A DNA stretch of 64,000 nt. It comes from Lama guanicoe. Taxonomy: Eukaryota. The position numbers were made by a program, and so were the translations under genes. This document shows positions 25,721 through 39,027 of the stretch, piece after piece. The notes below the pieces were generated by a model. The model saw only the letters and a list, made by a program, of their open reading frames with translations. It did not search any database and was not told the DNA's origin. How positions within the stretch are numbered: position 1 is the stretch's first letter; each line of letters starts with the position of its first letter. The DNA lies in contig MU053376.1 in NCBI GenBank assembly GCA_013239625.1, positions 768,833 to 832,832 on the forward strand, in the 5' to 3' direction.

Positions 25721-28269
25721 TATTTCTGGTTCTTGTATCTTAGGCTTGAAAACATTCAATCCAGCATTTATTGAGTGGCTACTTGTATAGCAAGAAATTC
25801 CACCACTAAGACAGGTAACAGGTCAGATTTTAAGATAACTGCGTAGACGCTTCTGCCTACCACCTTTTTTTGGCCTCTGTTATTCCTTGGAGGTCTCTCC
25901 TGCTTGGGCTACTGAACCAGCCCTCTGGGTTCTGCTCCGTTCTAAACCAGTATGACAGCCAATTTCCTCACCACCATGGTTGGTGCAACTAATTGACTTT
26001 GAAAATCCTGTATTCTCATCGTCCTTGTTCTGTTTGTCCTCTGTACTCCTGGTCTCCCCTTCAGCTCCTCCCCTTAAAATACTTTACCACCGATTTTCCC
26101 TTCTGTCTTTGATCAGTCCCGCTCAGTCCCGCTTTCATCGGTTGGTCTCAGTGTCACCCTCGAGTTGGTTTGCTTACTCTCTTCTTCCTACTCCACTCAC
26201 CGTCTTCCACCTTGTGCCTTGCACAACTCCATTATTAAGGAGTCACCTGCTCACCTCTGCTGACTGTTCCTGATTTGAGCACAGTCCCTGGCTTCGAAAG
26301 TTCCAGTGGGTCCCCAGTGCCTGTTACATGCAGTCTCCAGCCTGACAGCAGGATAGCTGTGGAGCCAACAGCAGTGTTGTCTGTGCAGAACAGACTTGGG
26401 TGAGAGAAGAAGGTGTTGAGGGGTTCGTTAACTTCATCTGTATTACTGGAATCTTTTACTGCAAAAATGTATTCTGTGTTACTTGCAAAATTTTCTTTAA
26501 AAAAAGAAAGAAAAATCCTCTAGCCTAGCATTCAGAACTTTCCACATTCTTTCCATCTTCTCTCCCACTGCTCTTCTGCACGAACCTTCCTCTCCATTCA
26601 AATTGGCATCTTTCCTGCCCTCAAGACCAGCCTTAAGTTGTTGCACAAAACACAATCCAGAATCAAATGACTCATGCCTTTCCCGCCTGACTTACTTCAT
26701 TTCTACCCCTTCCTTAAGCTTCCGAGACCTAGACTGTCTAACAGCTTGCTCAAAGCCCCCATCTCCCCTCCTGGCAAACCCCACTCCTCCCCATAAGTCT
26801 CCCACATTCTCTTCCTTCTCTGAACTCCGATGCCCTTTTGCTGTTGCACATCAGGATTCTGAGCACATCGGCCCCTTTGTGTCATTGGTCTCTGCTCTTT
26901 GGGTACTAACAGTGCATCCATTCTCACTGTCTCTGTGCAGTCACATTCTGATTTTTGCTGATAACACTGGATGTGGCTGGAGTGACTGAGACAGGATTTC
27001 ACCTTACAAAAGTGAGCTTTAAGATGTGGTCTTTAGATCAACCATTCTTCAATTTTTTTAAAATAAGTTAAAAAAAAACGCACTTCAGAATAGGGAGTGT
27101 TACAGGGAGGGGAGAAGGGAGGGGTGGGGAAGATGTAGTCTCCAGAAATCCATTGCCTATAATCTGGAACACCTGAACTGTCCATTTGGCTCTTAGATGT
27201 TTGCTTCATGGTAGTATCTCTGATATGGTAGCCTTGAGGCATTACTTAAATGCCACATTGTTATTTACGATTTCTTATTTATCTCATCCTCCTGAAAAGG
27301 TCGTAAATGTCCTGGACTGTTTTCTGTTTTACTTATTTCTATCTACCTGCACAGTGTGTTTCCTAGTAAATGTTTATTGGTGTGATTCTTAATCCTATTT
27401 CCTTACAAAATTCTCTTCATAGTTGTTTTTGCATCAGTGCTCAAGACGTCTTCATTTTTTAAATACTGAAGACCACACATTTGAATTTGAGGGTTGGTGT
27501 TTCCAAACCCCTTTATATAAAAGTAAGTGGGCGTTCTAGGGCTATAATCACCTACTGGGAGGTACAGAGTCTTCAAGTGCCTTCTCCAGGTTTCTGCTTT
27601 GCTCCCGAATCTGTAGGAGGTTAAGAATGAAGGGAATTGACTCTGCCAATGGGATAGGCTGCCTGGAAATGGCCCGATCCACTGGTTTCCTTAAAATGAT
27701 TTTGTTTAGAAGCTTCTGAGCCACACACAGCTCTGCCCACTCTCTGGCCTGAAGGCGACAGCATGGAGTGGGCCAACAGGAACGAAGTGGAGGCGGGGGA
27801 GCCAGAGTGGGGGACTCAGAAGAGCTGAATGCAGAGAACTGAGGTTCATTGCCTGCAGTTGCTGCGAAATTGGTGGGAGGGGTGGCACTGCAGCCCTCGC
27901 CTGTGGCTGCTGCTTGTTGGGTTTGGTAATTGTATTCTGAGTAGCATTTAGACTGGCATTTAGACAGGCCTAGAATGTGAATTCTTGCAGGGGAGGCAGG
28001 CAGCACAATCCCTCTTTGTTTCTGTTCTTTGAGGGCTAAGGAAATAATTTTTAAAACAATACCCTCCTTCCTGGGCTGTCACTTGTTTGTTTGCTCTGAG
28101 GACTTCTCAGTAACTCTTTGGTCTCTGTTATGTGTGTTTAAACTCTGGGCTCCAAACCACAGGCAGGAATTGGTAGAAGGGAGGGCTTGGGTTTATATGA
28201 AAGATGGGGGATGTATTCACTGTGACCTTGTACGTATGTTGGACACTCATACAGGGCCATGGACCAGGG

Positions 28270-29060
28270 TCTCTCATTCACTTGTTCCTTCAGGCACCCA
28301 TTCAGTAAACACATTCCACGCCTTGGTTTTGTGTCCAGGACCATTCTAAGAACTATTTGGGGTGGAAAAGAAGCAAAAGACATGGTTCTTGGCTTAAGAA
28401 GCTGTAGGCAGCTTATAATAATATTATTATTAATAATGGCTTACACCACTTATTGAATCTCTTTTACTCTGACCAGAAATCAGGCTGGAGACATTATAGA
28501 TAATTGTTCAGTTTAATCAGCCAGCATTTCTTGAGTGCTTCTTGTCTAGGCACTGTGCTAGGGACTGGGGTGGGGAGCTTCGTCTAGCAGGAAAGACAGA
28601 TGATGTTAAACAAGTGATTATGGGTTTGCGAGTGCCTTGTCACTCTCAAGGGTGCTCCTCCCAGCAGCATCCGATCACCGGCAGCTTGTTAGAAATAACA
28701 AACGTAGGGCCACCCAGACATGCTTTATTTTAACAAGATCGCTGGGTGATTCATTTATATGTACATTGACGTGTGGGAAGCGCTGGCCAGCAGGCTGGGA
28801 TTAGCTCGATCTCCTTTCGTAGAAGATGACGGAAGGCCTCTCCAAGGCAGTGACTTTTAAACCCAAATGTCATGAGAAGCCAGCAAGAAAGAAGATGACA
28901 GGTGAGTGGGTGGTGGAGCGAGTCTCAGGCAGTGGGAACAGCCTCTGAGTATCTGGGACAGTGAAGTCCAGTGTGACAGCCCAGCACAGGGATGGGCAGG
29001 AGCCAGGTGGGGAAGGCCTTGTAAACCAGGGTAAAGAATTTAAACCCAATGAGAATGGAT
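28270..29060 (-). mobile_element. L2 fragments with a MER5-like insert (about 28640-28790)
   Basis: CAGCATTTCTTGAGTGCTTCTTGTCTAGGCACTGTGCTAGG is an antisense L2 3' end. GCTTGTTAGAAAT...TTTTAACAAGATCGCTGGGTGATTCAT is MER5-like. Confidence 0.6.
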
Positions 29061-29069
29061 TGAAGAGAA

Positions 29070-29220
29070 ATACTGTCCCCAATTTATAGAAGAGGAGACC
29101 AAGGCTCAGATAGGGTGAGTAATTGGCCCATAGCCACACAGTAACTCACTGGTAAACTGCTAAGAGCTGAGATTTATATCCAGCGCTCGAATTCTAAAGC
29201 CCATTTTCTGAACCACTACA
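29070..29220 (-). mobile_element. MIR SINE
   Basis: CCCCAATTTATAGAAGAGGAGACCAAGGCTCAGATAGGGTGAGTAATTGGCCCATAGCCACACAG. Confidence 0.8.
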
Positions 29221-30789
29221 TAATTTTGTCCTCCCGGGCCATTAACAAGACAAAATATACACACCATATAATTTTTAATGCATCTCAGTATAATTTAGGA
29301 TTTGAAGAATGTTATAATGGCTTAAATAAAACACAGTGATTAAATCTGGAATAAAATTAAACCTGTGAACCAAGAGGAGATATAAATTCCACTTGAGCAC
29401 AGATTTTTTCCCTCCAAGTTTCTTAGGAGATGCGATATAAAAGGAGGCACCGTAAGTTACACAGATAACCCTTGTTGTCTGAAAAACTGAAGAAGACCTC
29501 TTTTTCAGGAAGAACCTTTTTCTTTTTCCTGTCATTAACGGTAAGAGGAGGCATGAAACGATTAATTGTGAGGGTGGAGCAGTCTGATTACACGAGGGTT
29601 GTGTTGCTAAGCTGAGTGAGCCCTGGGAGCCTGCCTTCCTTCCTGTCTGCTCAGGGGTGGGCGGCAGGGCTCATGGGGGCCAGAAGGCAGGAGGGAGGGG
29701 CAGGAAGGGAGCAGAGAGACCCAGGGCAGCCAGTGTGGTCCACGTCTCAGTCCAGATCTGTGAGGTTTGGGCATCAGAGGATGATCTATCTGAGTGCCTG
29801 ATCTCCTCCCAGGAGACTTGCCGGCTCCCGTGTGGTTCACTGAATTCTGAGAGGTCCAGTTGGCCATCCCAGCCACTGCAGGGGAGGAGAGGGAACAGGC
29901 CCCTGTCCTTGGTCTGGGGGAGGCTGAAAGAGGAGCGCCTGTGTTTGTGATGTCCAGGCTGAAGGGGAGTAACATACCCGCCCCGGGGAGCCCCCAGGCT
30001 GATGGGAGAGAGAAAGCACAGACGTAGGGGAGTAACTAAGAGCACAGTGCTCAAAGTTACCAAATCTATTTTAAAAAAAGAAGTCAGAGCACTTCTGGCC
30101 CCACACGGCCACCAGAGGACCTTGAAACCTGACAGTTGGCTGCTGCTTGCCTTTCCCTGGCCAGCTGCAAGAGCAGCCGTTGGTCATCACATCTGCAAAA
30201 TGAGAAGCCAGCAAAGTCAGTAATGTCACAGGTGGTGCCCGTCTTGGTTGGATTGGTCTTCTCTGCCCAGGCTTCGTTTCAGGTGGCACTTACAGCCTTG
30301 GCAGGAGGGAAGGAGACGCTCCCGGAGGTAGCTGGGCGACACCCAGGTGTCTCTCCATTTCCCTTGTCCAACCCCAGCGTGGTTCACAGCTCACACTCCG
30401 CTGCACGGGCCGGGGTGGTGCACCGGGGACAGGCCCGTTCCCGGCCCTGCAGAACAGCTGTGACTCCCAGGTGATGTTCTAGGGCGCTGGCTAGCGTGCG
30501 GTATGTTCCTCTGTCCTTGGCAGAAAGGGACTCCTTCTGTCTCCCTGCCCTTCCTCCCCAGCGCCTCCCCCTGGAAACTGTGACTGCCGATGTCGGGCAA
30601 GAGCAGAGACCCTGAGGTCTCCCGAGAGCAACACTGATTAATCAGGAGGTTCTTGCTTTGTCCCACAAATGACTTACATGTCACCTTGAGCAAATTCTTC
30701 TCCTCTCCTTTACTCTGCTGCCAGGACCACCATTTTCCCATCAGTGTTAAACTAAGGAGGCGAGGTGGACAGGAAAGACCACGGGATGT

Positions 30790-31020
30790 GAAGTCATGAG
30801 GCCCAGGGTCAATTCCTGGCTCTGCTGTTCCTAACTGTGTGGCCTTGGGCAAGATGAATCTATTTTTCCTCAGATAAATGCTTTTTTAAAAATCATTTGA
30901 GCTTCAGTTTTCTTACCTGTAAAATGGACATGATGACAATAGTATCTACCATCTGGGAAGTTATGATGATCAATTATAGTGAATATGTTGAAATACTTTG
31001 ATAATTGTAAAGCATTTAAT
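30790..31020 (+). mobile_element. MIR SINE
   Basis: CCTGGCTCTGCTGTTCCTAACTGTGTGGCCTTGGGCAAG...CTTCAGTTTTCTTACCTGTAAAATGG. Confidence 0.8.
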
Positions 31021-31425
31021 AACCAGCGTTAGTTTTCCAAGAGGAGGTGGATACCGTTACCTTTCCTTCTCACATGGTAGTGGTGGTGATCATATTGAAC
31101 AAAAGGTCATACACGAGAACAAAAAGTCTATTAAAATATAAGAGATGAATATTAGCCAAAGTAAATACTGAGTCCACAAGGTTTGGGAGCCTGAGTGGTA
31201 CGGCTCATCCGTGGTCAGTGCTGTTAGGGCTGAACGGGGAAAGGATAAACCGGGCAGGTTTTAGGCTCAGAGAACGAGTCTGGTAAAAAAAAGTAAGACT
31301 CAGAATCGTGGCAGTAATACGTAATATGAACTGCTGCCTTTCAGACCAAGTGCTGGGGAGAGGCAAAGGAATCCAGGAAGCCTGCATGGAGGAAATACTT
31401 TTTGTTATAGCTACATGGATGAGTA

Positions 31426-33560
31426 TATTCACCTACTCAGCAGATGCTTTTTGACCACCTGCTGTGGGCTGGACACTGTTCTAGATGGCAGAAATATGGC
31501 AGCAAATAGATAAAATCCCTGTATTTCAAGGAACATACATTTTAACAGGGAAAGAGGCAATAAACCGGGAAAATAAGTCAAGTTAAGATGCGGTACATCA
31601 GGAGGTAGCAAGTGCTAAGGAGTTACAGATGAGGCAGGTAAGGAGGATAGGGAGTGTTGCTGGAGTAAGGTGGTCTGCGATTTTCGATAGGGTGGCTTAG
31701 GAACTCCTTACTGAGAAGGGGACATGGAAACAAAATCCCAAAGGAGGAAAACAAGATAGTAGGCAAGAGTGATGGTGTGGATCAGGAGAACAGCAGTAGA
31801 GGAAGTGAGGAGAGAGCAGATTCCTTTTAAAGAAAGAGGCGATAGGATTTGCTGATGGCTCAGCTCTAAGGTGAGACAGAGAGAGCGGAGTCAGAGATGA
31901 CCCTAGGGTTTGCCGTGAACACCAGGAAGGGTTGTCATTAACCGAAATGGGAAAGGCTGCATTGGCGGGGTAGGAGGAAGAAGATGATATCAGGGGCTGA
32001 GTTTCAGACTCTGAGGCGCCTGTTAGAAATACAGAGATGCCAAGTCGGCAGTTAGGTATGTGGGTCCGAATTTCGGTGGAGAGGTCCTAGCTAGAAATTT
32101 ACAATTGGGAGTTTTCAGTGTATTGATTGTATTTAATGCTGTGAAACTAGATGGAGTCACAAGACAGAGAGCCCGAGTGGAGAAGAGACCCCAGGACGAA
32201 GCTGGGGCTCTCCAGCATTAGGAGTTCCAGATGCCAAGCAAAGAAAGTGTTTCCAGGAGGACAGGGTGATCACTTGGGTTCAGCAAGAAAGATGAGAACA
32301 AGGAATGTGTTTACCATGAGACTGACACTACGGAGGTGACCTTGGTATGACCAGTTTTGCCTGAGCTGTGGGCGGAGATCTTGACTGGAATGGGTTTAAA
32401 AGAAGTTTGGAGAAGAGAAATTGGAGACTGTAAGTGTGGGCAGGTCTGTAAGGAGTTTTCTTGTAAAGGGCATCCAGAGCCAAGAGAGAGGGCAAGGAAA
32501 GGCCCCAGGCGTTAGGCTGGAGTAAATCACGACATGTTTGTAAGCTGATGGGAAAGATCCACGAAACAAGGAAAACCTGGTGAGGCCAGAGGACGAGAAG
32601 AATTGCTGGAGCACTGCTGCTGAGTGGGCAAGAGGGACGGGGTCCAGACACGGACACGGGAGAGAAGGTGGCGCGAACAGGACAGAAACAGGCAGGTGGG
32701 CAAACGGAGCCGTGGCGCCCGTGGAAGGTCTCGTTTGTTGCTTCTGTTTCCTGTCAAAGAATAAACATGGCCATCAGCTAAGAGCAAAAGGGTGGGGAAA
32801 CCCCAGTTTCTTAAAAAAACAAAGTATAAAAGAAGAAAGAGAAATGGAATCCCAGTTTCTTAAAAAAATAAAGTGTAAGGGAATAAGAGGTGAAACTTAC
32901 AGATGGAAAGAGACATAATAATTATCAGCTAACGTGTGGACTTTATTTGGATTCTGATTCAAACACTTAAAAAAATGACATTTGTGAGCCAACTGGAAAT
33001 TTAGACATTGAATGGATGTTTGATAATAATAAAAGTTATTGATAATTTTGGAGGTGTGATGTTATTGAGGTTATGTTTTATAAAAGGGTCATCTTTTAGA
33101 GACAGATGCTGAAATATCTGCAAATAAAATTATACAATGGCAGGGGTTTGCTTCAAAATAATCAAATAGGGAGAAGCCTGTGTGTGTGTGTATGTGTGTG
33201 TGTTAGATAATGTGTGATTGGCCTTGGGTCAGTAATTTTCGATGTTGGTTGATGTGCGTATGGAAATTCATTATACTTTTTCCTGCTTCATAATAAAAAT
33301 TAAAACCAAGGGATAAAGAATGGGGAAGGAGTGGTTAGGCAGTTAAGGAGAAAGGAGAAGGTATGAATTGCCATCTGGGGGTGGGGTGCATTCGATTGTC
33401 ACATGCCATTAAGGGTCCACTTGAGAGTCAAGAGCATGAATTTAAAATGAAGCCAGACAGCATGGAGGTAATGTGTGTCCCCAGCCATGACCAGCTGCAC
33501 GTGTGTGGGTGCAGAACAGTTGGAGCGTCGTGGGCGTAGCCCACCGAGTACAGGAGTTGG
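31426..33560 (-). mobile_element. Long L2 LINE remnant (3' end into the ORF2 RT region), interrupted by an L1
   Basis: L2 3' end at 31426. Minus-strand translations HTYSLQFLFSKLLLNPFQS (32328-32657) and WLHFKFMLLTLKWTLN (33399-33686) resemble L2 ORF2. Confidence 0.75.
32880..33305 (+). mobile_element. Old L1ME-like 3' end (sense)
   Basis: TGTGGACTTTATTTGGATTCTGATTCAAAC...TTTGCTTCAAAATAATC...GGAAATTCATTATACT...CATAATAAAAA. Contains a (TG)n run at 33179-33203. Confidence 0.7.
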
Positions 33561-33714
33561 AATATCATCTTCCCATGACACTGATAAAGTCTTGAAGGAC
33601 CAGGGTCTCGTCTTTGCTTCAGTGACTTCACGGCTGATCTGACTGGCCGATTCCCCAGCCCACTCACGTGTGTTGACTAAACTCACACTGTACCGCAGTT
33701 ACTTTAAAATGATT

Positions 33715-33925
33715 TATTTGGAGATGCTAGGTGGAGGAAGGAATGGGGATTTATTGTTTAAGGAGTACACAGTGACAGTCTGGGAAGATGAAAAAGTTCT
33801 TAGGATGGATGGTGATGATGGTCACACAACAAGGTGAATGTACTTAATGCCACTGAACCTTACTTAAAATGGTTAGAGTGGTAAATTTTGTGTTATGTAT
33901 ATATTTTATCAGTTTTTTTTTAAAA
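33715..33925 (+). mobile_element. L1MB-like 3' end (sense)
   Basis: GGGAAGATGAAAAAGTTCTTAGGATGGATGGTGATGATGG...GTGAATGTACTTAATGCCACTGAA...GGTAAATTTTGTGTTATGTATA. Confidence 0.85.
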
Positions 33926-34684
33926 AAGATTTACTTGGTTGCATCTACAAGAAAAGAAAATAGTGGGAATAGAAGTGGTTCCAATTGCCTTGTGTCCCGT
34001 GCTCCTCCTCCTCGGTCCTAAATAGTGGATAATCTTGGTCTGCACATCCTCTCCCCATGTGCTCGTGGCTGGGACAGGTGTGCTGTTAATGCCCCTCATG
34101 AACAATGTCAGATCCCCGTTTTCACTTGTTAGCTTGTTCTGTGGAGGATGTTGTTGAGGTCCAGTTGGGAATCAAAGAATCATCTAAAAATGCAATGTTC
34201 CCACATCCCTCATGATGATTCAGCTGTTGTAGAGTGCTGCCCTCAACCCCTCCCGTCTATCAGTCTGTGATCTTTCCCAAGACTCTTCCGTCTGAAGCAG
34301 GAGCCAGTCTTTCATTGGATCATTTCTTCTAGGTCCTAGTCACAGGACTAGGGGTCCAGTTGCTATGACGTGCCTGTTTTATCTTCCTTACGAAGAGATT
34401 TCTATAAATTAAAACATTTCTCTGGCGAGGTCATGTTACCGTTGCACATTTGTCTCTCGTTCACAGTATAATTTAAAACCAAGACATATGGAATATGTAA
34501 ACTAAGTAGGGTTACACCTCTTCTTCCTCTTCGGCATAATAACAATTTTCTGAGGTAATCACAAAGAGAACTTTTAAAAGTCCCTTGTATGGTTTGCTCA
34601 TCTTTGCATCTTCCACAGGGCCACTCACAAAGTAGCGGTTGGACTGTTCCCCTGTTGCTGTGAGCTAGGCTTCGGCATGGCATC

Positions 34685-34870
34685 AAAGGAGTGTGGGCTC
34701 TGGGGATACCCACCGACTTTGGTTTGAGTGTGGGTTCTGCCACTCACACAGCTGAGAAACCCTAGGCAAGTTTTTTTTTTTTTTAACATCGCTAGGCTTC
34801 AGATTTCTAATGGGTAAAATCAGGATAATATTGTCTTCCTTATAGGAACGTTGTAGGGGTTAAAAAGGAT
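34685..34870 (+). mobile_element. MIR SINE
   Basis: GGTTCTGCCACTCACACAGCTGAGAAACCCTAGGCAAGTT...GGGTAAAATCAGGATAATA. Confidence 0.7.
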
Positions 34871-35480
34871 GGTTACTGTAGGAGTGGATGTCTGTTCTTA
34901 ATTTTCCCTCATTGCTGCTGCCTATTTTGACAAACATGGCTAAGAAAGGATTGGAATGTAGATAGCTGTGTGACCTTAGAGAGATCATTGACCATCTCTG
35001 AGTGTCATTCACATTTCTTACCTGTTTCTGCCTCACTTTTTTCATCACATTGAATGATGGAATTCAGTTAGAGATTTCTGAGATCTCTTTCATTTTAGGT
35101 AATCTAGGATTTCTTTGACTCATTGGAGCAGATTTTTTTTGGAGGAGGGTAAGATGGGGGAACCTCAGGTACATAACATTGGATTAACCATAATCCTCAT
35201 TCTCATCATTGGTCCATACATTTCCTGCTGGTTTTCTTTCTTTTATTCTTTCTCTTTCTTTCCCTCCCTCCTTCCCCCTCCTTCCTTCTTTTCTTCCTTC
35301 CATTCTTCCTTCCTGTTCATCTATCGTTTACTTATTTATTTATAATAATATTGTAAGTACCTGCAAACCACCTACAACAAAAGATAGGACTTTGATAATT
35401 ATCAAATATCTAATCCTGCATCGCACCGCAACCACCAAGCTATCCTGTCTACCTCCTCCACTACCGCAAGTAATCATTAT

Positions 35481-36325
35481 CTTTTTTTTAATTGTGGTAA
35501 AATATACATGACATAAAATTTGCATTCACACCATGTTTAAATGTATAGCTCTGTAGTTGTTATGCAACGAACCTTCAGAATTCTTTTCATCTTGCAAAAC
35601 TGAAACTCTGTACCCGTTAAAGAGCAGCTCCCCATCCCTCCTCCCCTGGCAACCACCATTCTGCTTTCTGCCTCTATGAAATGTGACTAGGTGCCTTGTG
35701 CAAGTGGTACACAGTATTCGTGCTTTTGTGACTGACTTATTTCACTTTGCATGATATCCTCAAAGTTTATCCATGTTACAGCACACGTTAGAATTTCTTT
35801 CCTTTTTAAGGCTACATAATATCCCATTGTATGTTTATACCACATTTTCTTTATCCATTCATCCGATGATGGACACTTGGGTTGCTTCTACCTTTTGACT
35901 ATCTTGGATAATGCTGCTGTGAACATGGTTGTGCAGATATCTCCTTGAGACCTTGCTTTTAATTCTTTGTTATATATAGCCAGAAGTGGAATTGCTGGGT
36001 CATATGCTAATTCTATTTTTAATTTTTTGAGGAACCGTCATGCTGTTTTCCAGAGGCTACACCATTTTCATTCCCACCAGCAACATAGGAGGTTTCCAGT
36101 TTCTCCACATCCTCACCAACACTTGTTATGTTCTGTTTGTTTGCTTGTTTTGGATATAGCCATCCTGATGGGTATGTGCCAGTGTCTCATTGTGGTTTTG
36201 ATTTGTGTTTCCCTAATGATTAGTGAGGCTGAGCATCTTTTCATGTGCATATGTCTTTGGAGAGATGTCTATTCAAGTTCTTTGCCCGCGTTTTAATCGT
36301 GTTGTTTGTTGTTGTTGAGTTGTAG
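35481..36325 (-). mobile_element. L1MB-like 3' end plus ORF2 end
   Basis: TTGTGGTAAAATATACATGACATAAAATTT...GCCAGAAGTGGAATTGCTGGGTCATATG...GAGATGTCTATTCAAGTTCTTTGCCC. Confidence 0.9.
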
Positions 36326-36937
36326 TAATCATTATTTTGAATCCTCTTTTCTTTCATTTCTTTTTTGTTTATTATACAGTTTTATTGCATAGCACTCTAA
36401 TTCGCTTATTTTGCCTCCTTCATAATATTTCATTGTTTGCCTCTACCACAGTTTAATTATCCATTTCTATGTTGATGAACTTTTGGGCTATTTCTAGGTT
36501 TCTCCCATGGTGAACAGTGCGGCTAGGAATATTTTTGTACATGTACCAGTGTTCTCATGGGTGTTATATCTAGGAGTAAATTTGCTAAATCATAGTTTGT
36601 GAATGTTCAACTTGAGGGGGTGATGTTAAACTTTTTCCAAAGTGGTTGTACCCTTGTATAAGAAATCCTATGGCTCTTCAACCTCTTTCAGCACGTGATA
36701 TCATCAGATTTAATGTAAATTGATGTCTCATTATGGTCTTGATTTGCATTTTCCAGAGCACCAATATGTTTGTTAACTATGTGCATTCTTGCTTGTCTCC
36801 TGCCTATGTTTCTATTGGATCATTTATCCTCTTATTTACTTTTAGAACTTCTTTTTTTTTTTTTTTAATGGAGGGACATGGGGGTAGTAGCGCACGATAT
36901 GTTGGCCACAGTGTCTTTTGTTTATTGATAGGGGTAG

Positions 36938-36986
<49 letters not shown>
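36938..36986. repeat. Compound (CT)n(AT)n microsatellite at an L1 tail
   Basis: CTCTCTCTCTCTCTC followed by about 17 TA units. Confidence 0.95.
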
Positions 36987-36991
<5 letters not shown>

Positions 36992-37140
36992 GAGGTATAG
37001 TTAGTTTACAATGTTGTGTCAGTTTCTGGTGTACAGCACAATGCTTCAGTCACATATGAATATACATATACTCATTTTCATATTCTTTTTCACTGTAAGC
37101 TATTACAAGATATTGAATATATTTCCCTGTGCTATACTCT
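36987..37140 (-). mobile_element. Young L1 3' tail fragment
   Basis: ATTGAGGTATAGTTAGTTTACAATGTTGTGTCAGTTTCTGGTGTACAGCACAATG...TTACAAGATATTGAATATATTTCCCTGTGCTATAC. Confidence 0.85.
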
Positions 37141-37234
37141 TTATATACTCTCGATCATGATCCTTTGTCAAGTGTGTATATTCAATATCTTCTCCTAGGT
37201 TTTAATTTGTCTTTTCATACACTTTTAGGATTTT

Positions 37235-38260
37235 TTTCCAAGTCAGGTTTATTGAGGTATAATTTACATAGAATAAAATTCACTTTTGTTAGATGTACAT
37301 ACAGTCCTATGACTCTTTCAAACATGTACAGTTATGTAACCACCACGATAATCACATACAGAGCATTTCCATCTTTCCATAAAGTTCTCATGTACCCCTT
37401 TTTGGTTAATCCTCCCACCCCCAACCCCAGCTCCTGGTAACCAGTGATCTTGATTAAGTACTTAGAGTATGTGTTTCCTAGAATGTCATAAAAATGGAAT
37501 CATATAGTCTTAGTCTTTTGAGACCGGCTTCTCTTACTTAGCATGATGCATTGGAGATGCCTCTGATTTGCTGTATGTATTACTAGATCATTTCTTTTTA
37601 TTGGTAAGTAGTATTCCATTGTATTCTGTACACAGTTTATTTATCCACTCGCCTGTTGGCAGGCCTTTGGCTTATTTCTAGTTTTTGGCAATTATGAATA
37701 AACTTGCCATAAATATTCACATGTAGGTTTTTGTGTAGAAATATATATTCGCTTCTCTTGGGTGAATATATAGGAGTGGGATTACTGGATCATATGGTAA
37801 CTATGTGTTTCATTTTCTAAGAAACTGCCAAACAGTTTTCTAAAGCATATGTACTAATTTTTTCATTCCCCCCAGCAATGTATGCAAGTTCCAGTTGCTT
37901 CACATCCTCCCCAGCACACAGTAGTGTGAATTCAGGGGACGGGAAGGTTTGACCATTATTCTAACAGGTGTATAATGGTGTCTCATGGTCTCTCACTGTG
38001 GTTTTAATTTGCACTTCCCTAAGGACTAGTGGTGTGGAGCATCTTTTTGAGGGCTTATTTGCCAAATGTATCTTCTTTGGTGAAGTTGGGCGAAGATCTG
38101 TTTAGATCTTTTGCTTACTTTCTGTTGGGTTATTTGTTTTCTTGTTATTCAGTTGAGAATTCATTGTATATTCAGCAACCAGCCCTTTATCAGATTTGTA
38201 TTTTTGAAACCTTTTCTCCCAAGCTGTGGCCTGTCCTTTCATTCTCTTAGCAATGTCTTT
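37235..38260 (-). mobile_element. Old L1M 3' end plus ORF2 end
   Basis: TTTATTGAGGTATAATTTACATAGAATAAAATTCAC...GGAGTGGGATTACTGGATCATATGGTAA...AGAAACTGCCAAAC. Confidence 0.85.
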
Positions 38261-39027
38261 CAAATGGCCATGCAGCCCCCCCGCACACCCCCCAGCCCAT
38301 CCTGGGTGTTCCTCCTCCTTGCTGTGCAGCAGGCTTCATGCTGGGTTCCCCACTATCACCAGCAGTCACCCTGGGCACATGTGGAAGATACTGGTTCTTT
38401 ACATTGTTTACTGTTCTGTTTGGACTGGTCTAATTTTGCTGGAACGGTGAGTGAGAGTGCTCATATCCATCGTGAACTTTCCAGAGTGAATGCCCATCTT
38501 TCTTGCATTTAGAGAACCTCTTTCTCTTCTCTTCTTGCTGCAGGCTGCAGAATGCAGGTCCAGCTGTACTGAAATAACACTGTCCGATTTTAGCTGGATT
38601 TTTTTTTTGCACATTTGGAATGTGAGACTCAGTGAAGCAAGTTATCAAGGAAGGCTAACAAATCTCTTTTCTTGGAAATGTCATTGTTGAATACTCAGGA
38701 TGCTCTTAGAATTGGGCAGTTTTTTTCTGAGGAGAAATAGCTTTTTAAATACAGCTGAGAAAGTGTTTTAGTTTTTAAAGTTTGATCAAAATTCTGTAAT
38801 CTGTGCTAGCCTGTAAGGGAGTATGTTAAAAAATTATTTCCATCCAGTCTGTATTACTTGATGTGGTAGCAGATTTTTCTTCCTAATTTGTTTTACCAGT
38901 GCCTAACATCAAACTGATCTGCCAAGAGAAAGACACGAGGTATAAAAATTGGAAAGAAGGCGATAATATTATAATTATTTACAGATGGTATAATTAGTTA
39001 TGTGGAATACAGACTCAACTGAGAACT

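Noticed and set aside
27510..27530. TATAAAAG overlapping GTAAGT
   Set aside because: Isolated motif in AT-rich sequence; the only nearby CCAAT is downstream, and nothing else supports it.
34210..34300. Possible C/D snoRNA (ATGATGA ... CTGA about 80 nt apart)
   Set aside because: No convincing terminal stem and no recognisable rRNA/snRNA antisense element.
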